A DNA stretch of 64,000 nt from a virus (taxonomy: Duplodnaviria > Caudoviricetes): the IMG/VR virus record IMGVR_UViG_2562617114_000001, positions 13,082-77,081 of that record; one strand, 5' to 3'. A model generated the notes under the pieces. It was given only the letters and a program-made list of their open reading frames with translations, ran no database searches and was not told the DNA's origin. Every line of letters begins with the position of its first letter. Position 1 is the first letter of the stretch. A program made the translations under genes and the position numbers. Shown one piece after another: positions 36,023 to 46,491 of this stretch.

Positions 36023-36445
36023 ATGGCACTCTTCAACCGCCTGGACAAATTGACGAGCCGGGCGGTTGATACCGTCAACGCCACCCGCTTCGTGCTCACG
36101 CCGATGACGAGCACGCCGAACGGTCGCACCCAACGCGACGCCAATCGGCAGATTATCGATGGCCGCGGCATCTTCGACTATGCCGAGATGGAATATGGCG
36201 TGCAGCTCGGCGTGCGCAAATCTTACCGAGAGGGCAATGACCTTCGGTCCGTCCAGTCTGGACGAGATCCGCAGCTGTCGGTTGACCGCAAATATTTCGG
36301 AAGCTTGTCCGAGGAGGCGCTGCAGGGCGACATCGTCAAGTTCCCGGATGACCCCCACCTTCCAGATTTTCAGGTGACGAAGGCGCAGCGTGACGGGTTG
36401 ACCCGCATAAAGCTCGACCTCGTCCAAATAGGAGGACAGGCATGA
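36023..36445 (+). CDS. Putative head closure/head-tail joining protein
   Basis: Synteny; QGDIV...FQVTKAQRDG beta pattern. Confidence 0.6.
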   Translation: MALFNRLDKLTSRAVDTVNATRFVLTPMTSTPNGRTQRDANRQIIDGRGIFDYAEMEYGVQLGVRKSYREGNDLRSVQSGRDPQLSVDRKYFGSLSEEALQGDIVKFPDDPHLPDFQVTKAQRDGLTRIKLDLVQIGGQA

Positions 36446-37206
36446 GCCTGAACCGCTTGGTAGCGCGGCTCTCCGTCGTGTCCGCCCTGAACAATTACCT
36501 CACGGCGCCCTGGCCGACGCTGGCCGGCCCGAACATCTTCGACTCCAAGATCGAGCCGGTCGAGGATATGAAGCTGGACCGCGCGTTCCCGTGTGCCGTT
36601 GTCTACACCGACTACGACAAAGACCATTGGGCGAAAGCTGACAGCGATCGCAAGCACCGCCTCATGACGGTCACCATCGAACTGCTGATCGTTCAAGTGG
36701 CGGAGCAGATCGAGACAGAAGGTCAGCCGACTCGCTATCAGCTCGAGACGCCGACCACGGACAGCGAGATCGAAACCTCGCTCGACATATTCGAGGTGCA
36801 GATCTTCCGCGCGCTCAACGCCGGCAACGTGGCGAGCGACTGCTTCAACTATCTGTGCACGTCCTACGACAACGTGATCAGCCGCCGCGGTGCATCGATC
36901 GAGGGCGGCCAGCGCCTAGCAGCGCGCCAGCTCACGCTCGAAATGAAGACGCCGCGGGACAATATCAAAGGGGTCATCCCGGAGCAGATCGAGGCATTCC
37001 TCAACAAGCTGGAGGAGCACGCGGACTACGGCGACCGCGTCGACAACATCCGCGCCATGTTCACCGCTACCGCTACCGAGACGGCGGGGGAGAAGGCACG
37101 GAAGGCTTACGGCTATTCGACGGATGTCGGCAGGATGCTCGGCTACGAGCCCGGGCCGGAGGTGCTCCTGCCGGCGAACCTGACCTTCCAGCTCAAGGGA
37201 GGATGA
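36442..37206 (+). CDS. Putative tail terminator/neck protein
   Basis: Synteny; NIFDSKIEP...PCAVVYTD. Confidence 0.55.
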   Translation: MSLNRLVARLSVVSALNNYLTAPWPTLAGPNIFDSKIEPVEDMKLDRAFPCAVVYTDYDKDHWAKADSDRKHRLMTVTIELLIVQVAEQIETEGQPTRYQLETPTTDSEIETSLDIFEVQIFRALNAGNVASDCFNYLCTSYDNVISRRGASIEGGQRLAARQLTLEMKTPRDNIKGVIPEQIEAFLNKLEEHADYGDRVDNIRAMFTATATETAGEKARKAYGYSTDVGRMLGYEPGPEVLLPANLTFQLKGG

Positions 37207-37210
37207 AGGC

Positions 37211-37771
37211 ATGAGCTACGAGGTGGTCTTCCGCCGACTGCTGGACCGCATTGAGCTCCTCGAGCGCACCCTTCAGCGTGTCCAGACCCGTCAGAACAGC
37301 ATGTTCCGTGAGGGCGTTGTCACGTCGGTCGATGCTGAGAACTATACCGCGATTGTCGATGCGCACGGGATTGAGAGCAAGCCCGTCCCTTGGCTGCAGC
37401 AGGCAGGCGAGATCAACGAATGGACTCCGCCATCAAAAGGGCAGCGGGTCGTTCTGGTTTCACCCGGCGGCGACATGGGGAAGGCGTTCATTCTCCCCGG
37501 GGGCTTTACTGATGAGGTGAAGCAACCGCATGACAAGGGAGCCGAAAAGCGTGTGAAGATCGGTGGATGCGTGCTCACGCAGTCAGCCTCGGGTCTGATC
37601 CTCGAGGTCGACGGCACGAAATTCGAGTTCACTGCCGGAGGTTTTAAGCAGACCAACGGCGACCAGATCCACCATGGCGGCAAGCAAGAGCACGACGGCC
37701 AGAACGTCGGCAAGACACACGTTCATGGCGGCATCGTTCGCGGCGTCGCGGACACCGACCCACCCCACTAA
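37211..37771 (+). CDS. Baseplate spike protein (P2 gpV-like)
   Basis: OB fold with PWLQQAG...WTPPSKGQRVVLVSPGGD; C-terminal HVHGG metal-binding tip. Confidence 0.88.
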   Translation: MSYEVVFRRLLDRIELLERTLQRVQTRQNSMFREGVVTSVDAENYTAIVDAHGIESKPVPWLQQAGEINEWTPPSKGQRVVLVSPGGDMGKAFILPGGFTDEVKQPHDKGAEKRVKIGGCVLTQSASGLILEVDGTKFEFTAGGFKQTNGDQIHHGGKQEHDGQNVGKTHVHGGIVRGVADTDPPH

Positions 37772-37781
37772 GGAGACGACC

Positions 37782-37985
37782 ATGAAGACCACCTATTTCG
37801 CGACCGCCGAAGGTCACATCCTGGGCAGCTGGCGGAACGCGGGCGATTCCGTCGGCGAACTGACTGAGCGCGAGGCGAAGTATCTGGAGATGCACGGCAC
37901 AATCGCCAGGACGAAGCTTGAAACCAAGGGCAAACCGCCCGCCCTGGAACCTGACGCGGCAGTGATCGAGCGGAAGACGCGATAA
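37782..37985 (+). CDS. Small hypothetical tail protein
   Basis: AAGGAG SD; ELTEREAKYL. Confidence 0.6.
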   Translation: MKTTYFATAEGHILGSWRNAGDSVGELTEREAKYLEMHGTIARTKLETKGKPPALEPDAAVIERKTR

Positions 37986-38401
37986 TGGCTCGGGTCGGGC
38001 TCGACGCCACAACCGGTCGCCTGCTTTACGGGTGGGACCACTGCGTTCAGAGCATCACCAAGATCCTGACCACTGAACTGCGCGAGCGGGTGCAGAGGCG
38101 GAGCTTTGGCTCCGTCCTGCCAAGAATGATCGACCGTCCGCAGAACCAGGAGACGGTCATCGACATCTATATGGCCGTTGCTGAATCGCTCGAGCCACGC
38201 GTCGTCGAAGGCCACCAAATGGGCGAGCCAGGCTTCGTGCTTTTGAGGACCAGCCTGGATGCTAATGAGGCCGGTCATCTCCTCATGCTCGTCAGCGGCG
38301 TGTTTTTCGAGAACGGCCACCTTGGCGACTATAGCAACCCTGCCGCTCGTGAAATCTCCTTCGTGGTCACACAGGACAGTTTGGAGATCGCCGCGGCCTA
38401 A
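37985..38401 (+). CDS. Baseplate wedge gpW/gp25-like
   Basis: HCVQSITKILTT...RVQRRSFGS.LPRMIDRP. Confidence 0.85.
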   Translation: MARVGLDATTGRLLYGWDHCVQSITKILTTELRERVQRRSFGSVLPRMIDRPQNQETVIDIYMAVAESLEPRVVEGHQMGEPGFVLLRTSLDANEAGHLLMLVSGVFFENGHLGDYSNPAAREISFVVTQDSLEIAAA

Positions 38402-38418
38402 GCTCGAAAGGAAGGGCG

Positions 38419-39306
38419 TTGTCCACTTCGGCGATCGACATAACCAAATTGCCAGCGCCGAGAGTAATCGAAGAGCTGAACTACGAGGCCTATCGAACTC
38501 GCGGCATTCAGGAATTCGTCGCCGTGTGGGAGACCGTTCGTGCGGAGAATCCCTCTCTCGGGCTACCATCTTACACGGTTGACGCGCTGGAGACCGACCC
38601 CTTCGTCATCCTCAATGAGGCCGAAAGTTATCGCGAGACGCTTCTGAGGGCTCGCGTCAACGCGGCGCTTCGAGCAACTCTTTTGGCGTTTGCCAAGGGT
38701 AGCGACCTAGATCATCTCGCCGCCTTCTATGACGTTTCACGAATGATCGGGGAGCTTGACGACAGGTTGGTTGACCGCGTCATACTGGCCATCCAGGGCA
38801 GATCGACCGGCGGTACTGAGCCACGTTACAAATTCATCGCCATGTCGGCGGATATCCGCGTCCAAGACGCCATTGTCTATACTGTCGGCCGTAGCCCGCT
38901 CATTCACGTCGCCGTTTTTTCCACTGCTCCAGACGGCGTGGCGTCCGCGGATCTGTTGGAGATCGTCAACGCGGCCCTTCAGGACCCAGCAGTTCGAATG
39001 GTCAACGACACCATCGTAGTCGCCTCGGCAGTGAAGCAAGTCATCGACGTCGTCGTGGATGCCTGGCTGTTGCCAGACGCCGACGTCGCAACCTTGGACC
39101 GGGCTGCCGACAACCTCCGGGCAGCTTGGTCATCCGCTCGGTCGCTCGGCCGCGACTTCACCACCAGCTGGTGGATGGCGCAGCTCATGATCGCGGGAAT
39201 TCACAGGGTGAAGCCAATCGCACCGTCTGCCGACGTGGTTGTCGTGCCGTCAGAGTCAATTTCGATCGGAACGATCACCCTTAACAACAGAGGAAGGGCT
39301 TACTGA
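38419..39306 (+). CDS. Baseplate J-like protein (P2 gpJ)
   Basis: LPAPRVIEELNYE...LRARVNAA...LAFAKGSDLDHLAA. Confidence 0.88.
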   Translation: MSTSAIDITKLPAPRVIEELNYEAYRTRGIQEFVAVWETVRAENPSLGLPSYTVDALETDPFVILNEAESYRETLLRARVNAALRATLLAFAKGSDLDHLAAFYDVSRMIGELDDRLVDRVILAIQGRSTGGTEPRYKFIAMSADIRVQDAIVYTVGRSPLIHVAVFSTAPDGVASADLLEIVNAALQDPAVRMVNDTIVVASAVKQVIDVVVDAWLLPDADVATLDRAADNLRAAWSSARSLGRDFTTSWWMAQLMIAGIHRVKPIAPSADVVVVPSESISIGTITLNNRGRAY

Positions 39307-40424
39307 TGACTTCTTTGCTCCCCCTCAATACAGGATTGTTTGAGGGGGCGCAGGAGAAGGCCCTCCTGCCGAGGTGGCCCCTTTTGGAGGTTGGAGCAGA
39401 TGCAATTGCTTCCGCAAAGAGAGCCCCTCCGCCTTCCGTCCTGCCATACCTTGTCTACGAATATGGGCTTGGTGAGCTGACGCCCTACGTGCCGAACCTC
39501 TACACGCTTGTCGTCGACCGAGAAGGCGTGAATTGGCAGCGCATTCGCGGAACACCGGCGGCCGTCAATAAGGGCCTTGGTTGGCTTGGTTACTCCGCCA
39601 CGATGGAGGATGCTTGGCACGGCCGTGCCTATTGGAATAGCACCCAACTGCGGTTCCCCGAACTGCCCGCTAACGACAACCTGGATCTGGAGCGGATCGA
39701 AGGGATCACTCGCCTTTCTATGCCGCTGCGTTCTCGGCTCCGCCGTGGCGTCCATCAATATGATGTTGGCGCGGTCGAGGCGGACGGAAGCCGGCTCGAC
39801 GCCAGCATTCTCGATCGGGAGAGTGGCGTTGCCGTTACGGCCACCGGCACGCTCTGGTCGTTCGGTCGCACCACCGAGATCGATCATCTTCTGACGGAGG
39901 CCGAAGGCACCGCGATCGGCAATTGGATACCCGAACCAGCGGAAGGTGGGCTGAAATGGGTGGACATGCAATACCCGTGGGTGACCGCGAACTTCTTGTG
40001 GGCCGATAACCCGGCTGTACAACGCCGAACACTGATGGCCGCCTGGTTCGCCGCGCGCGTTCTTTACGTCACGTTCCGCGACCAGAGCGGAGACGTCATC
40101 GGCCATCGACGTTGCCGTGCTGATCATCCCGTTCGCGAGCAGGTCGAGGGCGCCTACCTAGTCGGCGGCGTGCGCTATCAGCCGCAACCGGGCGCCGCGC
40201 GTGTTTACCTCGAAGCGATGACAGATTTCGAGGACGCATTCGACGTCGAAGCGAAGGCCGTCGAACTGACGGTTGGCGCTACCCTGGCGCCTGGCATCAA
40301 GCCCGGCCGGCTCTGGCTGCAGCCGGGCGAGCTACTCGGCGGTCACGCGATCGCCGTCACGTCCATTTCCCTGCCGCTGCGCAAGACGGTGCGCGAGCAG
40401 ATCAAAATCCTCATGAGGTTCTAA
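39306..40424 (+). CDS. Tail protein I-like (P2 gpI)
   Basis: SLLPLN...PPSVLPYL..EYG...RIRGTPAAV. Confidence 0.8.
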   Translation: MTSLLPLNTGLFEGAQEKALLPRWPLLEVGADAIASAKRAPPPSVLPYLVYEYGLGELTPYVPNLYTLVVDREGVNWQRIRGTPAAVNKGLGWLGYSATMEDAWHGRAYWNSTQLRFPELPANDNLDLERIEGITRLSMPLRSRLRRGVHQYDVGAVEADGSRLDASILDRESGVAVTATGTLWSFGRTTEIDHLLTEAEGTAIGNWIPEPAEGGLKWVDMQYPWVTANFLWADNPAVQRRTLMAAWFAARVLYVTFRDQSGDVIGHRRCRADHPVREQVEGAYLVGGVRYQPQPGAARVYLEAMTDFEDAFDVEAKAVELTVGATLAPGIKPGRLWLQPGELLGGHAIAVTSISLPLRKTVREQIKILMRF

Positions 40425-43400
40425 TGTACGAGCACGCTAGCGGCTTGCCCCACGCCTATGACCGCGCCGCAGGAAAGCCTGAACAGCAGAGCGTCGTTTT
40501 TTATGGCGATCGCCCGTTCATTCAGGGCGCCGAGTTGGTCGAGCTTCAGACGATCATCCGTGGTCGCCATGATCGGCTCGGCCGCCTGGTCGCCCGTGAG
40601 GGCAACCGGATCGCCCGCGCCGACGCCATCGTCGATATCGAAATTGGGGCCATCACCCTTGCCTCCGGCAGTATCTATGTCTCCGGCGACGTCTTCCCAG
40701 TGGGCGAAGCCGTTCTGGAAGACGTGCCAATGACCGGCCGCGTCGAAATCGGCGTTCGTCTGGTCCGCTCTTACGTGACGCACGAGGATGATCCCAGCCT
40801 CGTCGGCCTGGTTCCCGGCTCTCTTGCCGAGGGCGAGCCAGGTGCTGCGCGCGAAATCGCCAGCATCTCCTGGGCTCTTGAAGGCGACGACGGTGAAGGG
40901 GCCTTCTATTCCGTCTACACCCTGCTCGACGGAACTATCCTCGACCAGACCGGCCCGTCCATTCTGGAGCCGGCCCTTCAGGCAATCGCCGCCTATGATC
41001 GCCCTAACGGCAATTACATCGTGTCGGGTTGCCGCGTGACGGCGATCAGCGCCGCCGGCGGCAATCAGATCTTCTCGATCGAGCAGGGCGAAGCTAACAT
41101 CAACGGCTACAAGCGCACCCGTCTTGCGGCCCTACGGCACACTCAGCCCATTGCTTGGGAAGAGGTTGCCATTCCCGGCGAAACCAAAACCTATGGCGGC
41201 GGGGCGAGTTACACGTTCGCGGTCGATTTCGCGCCGATCGGCGTCATTAACTCGATCCTTCTGACAAAGGAAAAGACTGTCACGCTAACGCGGGGCGCGA
41301 TCGCCAATGGCTCTGACGGTTTGCCAGACAGTAGTGTGATTTCGGTCTCGTCCGTCGTCCAGGGCGGCACGACCTACGTCGCGGCCACCAGCTACAATCT
41401 TGTCGGCAACGCGATCGATTGGGCGCCTGCCGGCGCGGAGCCGGCAATCGGCTCGACGTATAACGTTACCTATCGGTACCGTGCTGCCGTCGCGCCCACG
41501 GCAAGCACCGACACGACAATCACCGTTTCGGGCGGTGTGGCAGGCGGCGACATCATCACTGCCTACACGCAAAAGCTACCGCGCATCGATCGCCTCTGCC
41601 TCGGCCAGGACGGTTCGCCGATCTACATCAAGGGGCTGCCGGCGCGTAGCAATCCGATGGCGCCGGGGGTGCCGAGTGAAATCCTGCCGCTTTGCCAGAT
41701 CTTCAATGACTGGATGTCACTGCCCGTCGTCACCAATGACGGGGTGCGCTCCCTGCCGTATTCGGAGATGTGGCGGTATTTCAACCGGGTGATCGATTAT
41801 GAGCGGCTGTTCCAGCTGGAGCGCCTTCGCAACAACATCGACTTTCGGGAGCCGGTCGCCAAGAAGGGGATCTTCGTCGATCCCTTCCTCGACGACAGCT
41901 ATCGCGATGCGGGCGAGGCGCAGACCGGTGCGATTGGCAATGGCATGCTCCAGCTCGCCATCACGCCGACGTTCTTCACCGGGACGCTCACTGCGCCGGT
42001 CATGCTGGATTGGGTTGAGGAAGTCCTGGTCACACAGGACCTGAAGACGGGTTGCGAAAAGATCAACCCCTACCAGAACTTCAATCCGCTGCCCGGCTCA
42101 CTCCGCCTCACACCGGCTGTCGACTTCTGGACCGAGGATAGAACCGACTGGCTCTCTGCGCAGACCATCGAGTTCAACCGTGGCACTCGCTTCGACGGTG
42201 GCCCGCTGCAGACGACAGACACGGAAACCCAGCTCGTCGACCATCGCGTCGAGCAGCTGGAATTCCTTCGGCAGATCCCGGTGGCTTTCACCATCAGCGG
42301 CTTTGGCCCAGGCGAAATCCTCCAGACGCTGACCTTCGACGCCATCAACGTCAAGCCGGCGGGAACACAGACTGCCAATGGTTCCGGACAGATCACCGGC
42401 ACGTTCAACATTCCGCTGAACGTCACCGCTGGCACGAAGATCGTTGCCGCCAAGGGCGTCGGCGGGACGGAAGCCAACGCGATGTTTACCGGACAAGGCA
42501 CCATCGAGATCGACACCATGCGGCGGGTGACAACGGTCCAAAACTGGACAGCACCTCAGCTGGTTCAATGGGTTCGAGATACCGGAAATAACGGCTGGGA
42601 CAATAACACCTCCGATGGCACCGGAAGTGCGCCGGATCCGCAAGCTCAGATGTTCGCGGTACCGGAGATGCGCCAACTGGTGGGCGTCGATTTCCATATC
42701 TGCCATGTCGGCAACCAGGCGAACCATCTGCTCGTGGACCAGGTATCGATCAACAACGGATACCCGACGACGAACATTGCCGCCGAGGTAGTCGTGCCGA
42801 TGACAGGTGCCGTCGCCGGCTGGAAGGAGGCGCGCTACAATCTGCCGCTGACCACGCCGGCTGATCGGGCGCATGCGTTCGTCATCAAGACCGATGATGC
42901 CGACCATTCCGTCTCGTTCGCCAAGCTCGGCGGCTTTGATGAGACCTTGCAGAAGTTCGTGACCTCGCACCCTTATGTGACGGGGCCGCGTTTCTCCTCG
43001 GTCAACGCCCAGACATGGACGGCGCATCAGGATGAGGCACTCGCCTTCAGGATCGTCGCCGCGAAATACCTGGTGACCACGAAAACGGTTCCCCTGGGTA
43101 GCTTCGCGCTCAATCAGGCCTCTGATCTTCAGGTCCGAGCCGCTATCGAGCTTCCCGGTCCCGGATGCTCGGTCGTGTTCGAGATCGAGCGCACCAACGG
43201 CACGATTTACCGCCTCTTGCCGTTCCAGGTGCTGCAGCTCACTGAGTTCATCACCGAGACGGTGCAGCTGCGCGCCATCCTGACCGGAACAGAAAAGCTT
43301 TCCCCGGTGCTATTCGCTCCGGTGCAGCTGGTTGCCGGCAAGATCGGCACGACGCTGACCTACATCACCCGCGCCTTCACGCTGGGGACGGCTGTCCGGT

Positions 43401-43645
43401 TGACCAGCTACCTGAAGGCGTTCCTGCCGGGCGGCGCCTCGGTCGCCATGCACTATTCCAAGGATGGCGGAGCCTGGACGAGTCTTCCGTTTGTCAGCGC
43501 CGACGCCTTGGCGTTCCCGCTGTGGACGGAGCGCAAACATGAGGTGACGGGCCAGACCGGCACTCTGGTTCGCCTTCGCATCACCGGGACCGGAGGACCG
43601 GCCGCCCGGCTCATAATCGGCGATCTTGGCGCCGGCATCTTCTGA
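40424..43645 (+). CDS. DUF4815-like large baseplate/tail protein
   Basis: QGAELVELQ, KKGIFVDPFLDDSYRD, INPY, DP.AQ.F; synteny. Confidence 0.7.
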   Translation: MYEHASGLPHAYDRAAGKPEQQSVVFYGDRPFIQGAELVELQTIIRGRHDRLGRLVAREGNRIARADAIVDIEIGAITLASGSIYVSGDVFPVGEAVLEDVPMTGRVEIGVRLVRSYVTHEDDPSLVGLVPGSLAEGEPGAAREIASISWALEGDDGEGAFYSVYTLLDGTILDQTGPSILEPALQAIAAYDRPNGNYIVSGCRVTAISAAGGNQIFSIEQGEANINGYKRTRLAALRHTQPIAWEEVAIPGETKTYGGGASYTFAVDFAPIGVINSILLTKEKTVTLTRGAIANGSDGLPDSSVISVSSVVQGGTTYVAATSYNLVGNAIDWAPAGAEPAIGSTYNVTYRYRAAVAPTASTDTTITVSGGVAGGDIITAYTQKLPRIDRLCLGQDGSPIYIKGLPARSNPMAPGVPSEILPLCQIFNDWMSLPVVTNDGVRSLPYSEMWRYFNRVIDYERLFQLERLRNNIDFREPVAKKGIFVDPFLDDSYRDAGEAQTGAIGNGMLQLAITPTFFTGTLTAPVMLDWVEEVLVTQDLKTGCEKINPYQNFNPLPGSLRLTPAVDFWTEDRTDWLSAQTIEFNRGTRFDGGPLQTTDTETQLVDHRVEQLEFLRQIPVAFTISGFGPGEILQTLTFDAINVKPAGTQTANGSGQITGTFNIPLNVTAGTKIVAAKGVGGTEANAMFTGQGTIEIDTMRRVTTVQNWTAPQLVQWVRDTGNNGWDNNTSDGTGSAPDPQAQMFAVPEMRQLVGVDFHICHVGNQANHLLVDQVSINNGYPTTNIAAEVVVPMTGAVAGWKEARYNLPLTTPADRAHAFVIKTDDADHSVSFAKLGGFDETLQKFVTSHPYVTGPRFSSVNAQTWTAHQDEALAFRIVAAKYLVTTKTVPLGSFALNQASDLQVRAAIELPGPGCSVVFEIERTNGTIYRLLPFQVLQLTEFITETVQLRAILTGTEKLSPVLFAPVQLVAGKIGTTLTYITRAFTLGTAVRLTSYLKAFLPGGASVAMHYSKDGGAWTSLPFVSADALAFPLWTERKHEVTGQTGTLVRLRITGTGGPAARLIIGDLGAGIF

Positions 43646-43653
43646 GGATCGAT

Positions 43654-44718
43654 ATGGCAGTCACCGAACACTACGCTATCCCGCTTCCCGACCCGGCCGC
43701 CGAGGTTGATGAGGAATTCTATCGCCTGCAGCAGGCGTGGGCGGTCGTCGATGCCGCTATTTGGGCTCTGGCTAATGTCGTCGCCAACAAGGCCAATGCC
43801 AGCCACGGACATGGGATAGCTGATATCTCCGGTCTGGTGACGGCGCTTGCCGGAAAGATGGCCGCCACGCAGACGTTCGCGCTCGACGACCTGACCGACG
43901 TTAACGGCGCTACGGGCGCGGCAACCAATTACCTTCTGGTCAAGAACGCCAGCGGGCAATGGGTTCCATCTTCGGCTATCGCCGCGCTCGGTACCCATCA
44001 ACACGCGACGGCCGACATCGTCGGCCTGACTGCCGCGATCAATGCCGCTGTCGCCGCCGTGGTCGCGGCGGCGCCGACGACACTCGACACACTCAACGAG
44101 CTGGCGGCCGCGATCGGTGACGATCCGAATTTCGCGGCGACGATAGCCGCGCAGATCGGTTTAAAGGCACCAACCGCGAGCCCGACCTTCACAGGGACGC
44201 CGGCAGGCCCTACCGCCGCCGCTGGAACGAACACGACGCAACTGGCAACGACAGCTTTTGTTGCCGCGCTCGGCGCTCTGAAGGCTAATCTGGCATCACC
44301 AACATTCACAGGGACGCCAGCTGCACCAACTGCCGCGGCCGGCACTAACACGACGCAGCTGGCGACGACGGCATTCGTCGACAATGCGCTAAGTAAGACG
44401 GTCGTCAAACGAAGCGGGCAACTTACACCTTCCCTCGGCGGCACCCTCACTTACGCTCACGGCCTCAGCTACACCCCCGATGAGTATTGGGCGGAGTTGG
44501 AATGCATCGCGACTGACAATGGCTGGGCCGCTAGCAACGTAATCAGAGCGCATGTCGACGACAACGGCGGCGGCTACGGTATCGAAGTATTTCGTGACGG
44601 CACGAGTGTGTATGGCATCGTCGGTGCAAATGGTATCGGCGTTCATCATAATAAAACGACTGGTGCTGCTTTTGTCCCAACAGTAGCAAGCTGGAGAGTG
44701 CGTCTATGTACACGCTGA
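43654..44718 (+). CDS. Tail fibre protein
   Basis: APTTLDTLNELAAAIGDDPNFA and two SPTFTGTP..PTAAAGTNTTQLATTAFV repeats; variable C-terminal tip. Confidence 0.88.
   Translation: MAVTEHYAIPLPDPAAEVDEEFYRLQQAWAVVDAAIWALANVVANKANASHGHGIADISGLVTALAGKMAATQTFALDDLTDVNGATGAATNYLLVKNASGQWVPSSAIAALGTHQHATADIVGLTAAINAAVAAVVAAAPTTLDTLNELAAAIGDDPNFAATIAAQIGLKAPTASPTFTGTPAGPTAAAGTNTTQLATTAFVAALGALKANLASPTFTGTPAAPTAAAGTNTTQLATTAFVDNALSKTVVKRSGQLTPSLGGTLTYAHGLSYTPDEYWAELECIATDNGWAASNVIRAHVDDNGGGYGIEVFRDGTSVYGIVGANGIGVHHNKTTGAAFVPTVASWRVRLCTR
44177..44379 (+). repeat. Two ~87-nt degenerate direct repeats in the tail fibre
   Basis: Encode ASPTFTGTPA(G/A)PTAAAGTNTTQLATTAFV twice (~44177-44263 and ~44293-44379). 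Confidence 0.8.
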
Positions 44719-45341
44719 GTGAAAGGTTCTATCGGGATACAGAGGGGCGTTTTCTTGGCTCCTTCATTGGCGATTGGGTCAAGCAACCGACGCAGTCGGA
44801 GCCGCCACCAGATCCGTTGCCGGAAGGATGGGAGCCGCCAGACGAGGTATACGTCGAGGTTTGGCCGGATATTCCTGCCGGGGCTGTCGAGGTGTCACTA
44901 GCCCCCGAGCGAGCCGGTCAAATCTACGACCAAGTGGCATCAGTATGGATGGATCCGCCGGTCACCGCCGCAGAAGTGGACGCCGAGCGTGATCGGCGGA
45001 TCGGGGCGGGTTTCACCTTCGAAGGCGTTTTGTATCAGTCGGACAAAGAGGCGCGCGAAAACATCATGGGGGCGCACAAGGCGGCCTCGGATGCGATGAT
45101 GCTGTTTGGTGCTCAATCCGGAGATCTTGCTTGGCGCCTGCTTCTTGACCCCGCAGGACCGGAAGTGTTCGAGTGGATCGCTTCGGACAATTCCCGCGTA
45201 CCGATGGATGCACCTACCGTGCTTCGCTTCGGCTATGCCGCCCTGTCCCACAAGGCGAGCCATATCTTCGCTGCGAGCGATCTAAAGAGCATGGACCCGG
45301 TACCGGTCGACTTCGCCACTAATCCGGTTTACTGGCCGTAA
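44706..45341 (+). CDS. DUF4376-like tail fibre assembly protein
   Basis: VDAERDRRIGAGFTFEG..YQSD...WIASDNSRVPM...LK.MDP.P.DF....YWP. Confidence 0.75.
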   Translation: MYTLSERFYRDTEGRFLGSFIGDWVKQPTQSEPPPDPLPEGWEPPDEVYVEVWPDIPAGAVEVSLAPERAGQIYDQVASVWMDPPVTAAEVDAERDRRIGAGFTFEGVLYQSDKEARENIMGAHKAASDAMMLFGAQSGDLAWRLLLDPAGPEVFEWIASDNSRVPMDAPTVLRFGYAALSHKASHIFAASDLKSMDPVPVDFATNPVYWP

Positions 45342-45470
45342 GCCCGCGCATGCTAGCCGCGGCGAAGCTCTAGGCCGACTCCCTTGCCGTCCACCAACGT
45401 ACAGCCAGGACTGGACGACATCTATCTCGTCATGCTTTTAGTGCTTCCCAAGCGTAAACGAGAGACCGCC

Positions 45471-46283
45471 ATGAGCCTTAGATCGACCATCCTCAACGCC
45501 GTCATAAAAGACAGCATGATGATTACGGATTGCGCCTCTAAAGAGGACATCATGAAAGTCATCAGCCTGTTGACGCCGGTCCCGATTGGGGTCGAGCTTA
45601 TTCGTATCGGCAGTGAGGGAGATGGGGGCTATTTGATTCCGGATGATATGGACGGGATCGAGTATTGTTTCTCGCCGGGGGTTTCGGAGGTTGCGGACTT
45701 CGAAGGGGATCTCGCCTCTAGGTTCGGGATTAAGTCTTTTCTCGCCGATGCCAGCGTCGAGGCTCCTCCGTCTCCTAATGGAATGTTTGATTTCGAGAAA
45801 AAATTCCTCGGGGCGACGGATGGAGGGGATTTCATCCGATTGTCAACCTGGATTAACGAGAAGCTAGGCCCCGGTGAGAGGTCTGACATGATCTTGCAGA
45901 TGGATATCGAAGGCGCGGAATTTGACGTCCTTATCGAGACTTCCATCGAAACATTGAGGCGCTTCCGGGTGATGGTCATCGAGTTTCATGAGCTCGACAT
46001 GCTTCTCACCAAGAAGGCGTGCCGCTTTCTAACGCCGATTTTCGAGAAGTTGGCGGCGGAGTTTGTCGTGGCTCATATCCACCCTAACAACTATCGAGCC
46101 CCGAGCTCAGCTTACGGTATCAAGGTGCCGCGAATTCTAGAAGTGACATTTCTTCGTAAGGACAGGATCAAGGAGGACCGCGCAGTGGAATGCTTGTCAT
46201 TCCCGCATAAACTGGACCGAAAGAACGTGCCCTCTGCGCCCGATGTCATTTTGCCGGAGATGTGGTGGAAGCCGCAGGCGTAG
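45471..46283 (+). CDS. FkbM/Methyltransf_22-like SAM methyltransferase (moron)
   Basis: RIGSEGDGGY, FSPGVS...FE, ILQMDIEGAEFDVL, IEFH, HIHPNN; start uncertain. Confidence 0.75.
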   Translation: MSLRSTILNAVIKDSMMITDCASKEDIMKVISLLTPVPIGVELIRIGSEGDGGYLIPDDMDGIEYCFSPGVSEVADFEGDLASRFGIKSFLADASVEAPPSPNGMFDFEKKFLGATDGGDFIRLSTWINEKLGPGERSDMILQMDIEGAEFDVLIETSIETLRRFRVMVIEFHELDMLLTKKACRFLTPIFEKLAAEFVVAHIHPNNYRAPSSAYGIKVPRILEVTFLRKDRIKEDRAVECLSFPHKLDRKNVPSAPDVILPEMWWKPQA

Positions 46284-46315
46284 GCCTGCAACAATGGTGA
46301 ATCCGCCGGCCGCCA

Positions 46316-46369
46316 ACGGACCCGATTCCGGCTGACGTCACCACAGATCCTGTCTACTGGCCGACGTGA
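46316..46369 (+). pseudogene. Remnant second copy of the DUF4376 C-terminus
   Basis: Translates TDPIPADVTTDPVYWPT*, compared with SMDPVPVDFATNPVYWP* at the end of 44706-45341. Confidence 0.7.
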
Positions 46370-46415
46370 CGTAGACTGCGTCAAGGGGCTGCTGCCGGAC
46401 ATTTAGACTCAACCG

Positions 46416-46444
46416 AACCCGCCCTTTGAGGCGGGTTTTTCTTT
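46416..46444 (+). terminator. Intrinsic terminator
   Basis: AACCCGCC-CTTTGA-GGCGGGTT followed by TTTTCTTT. Confidence 0.75.
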
Positions 46445-46491
46445 GCCCGCCATCCGGTGCGGGAAAACAAAACCAATAAGGAATAAGCGCG

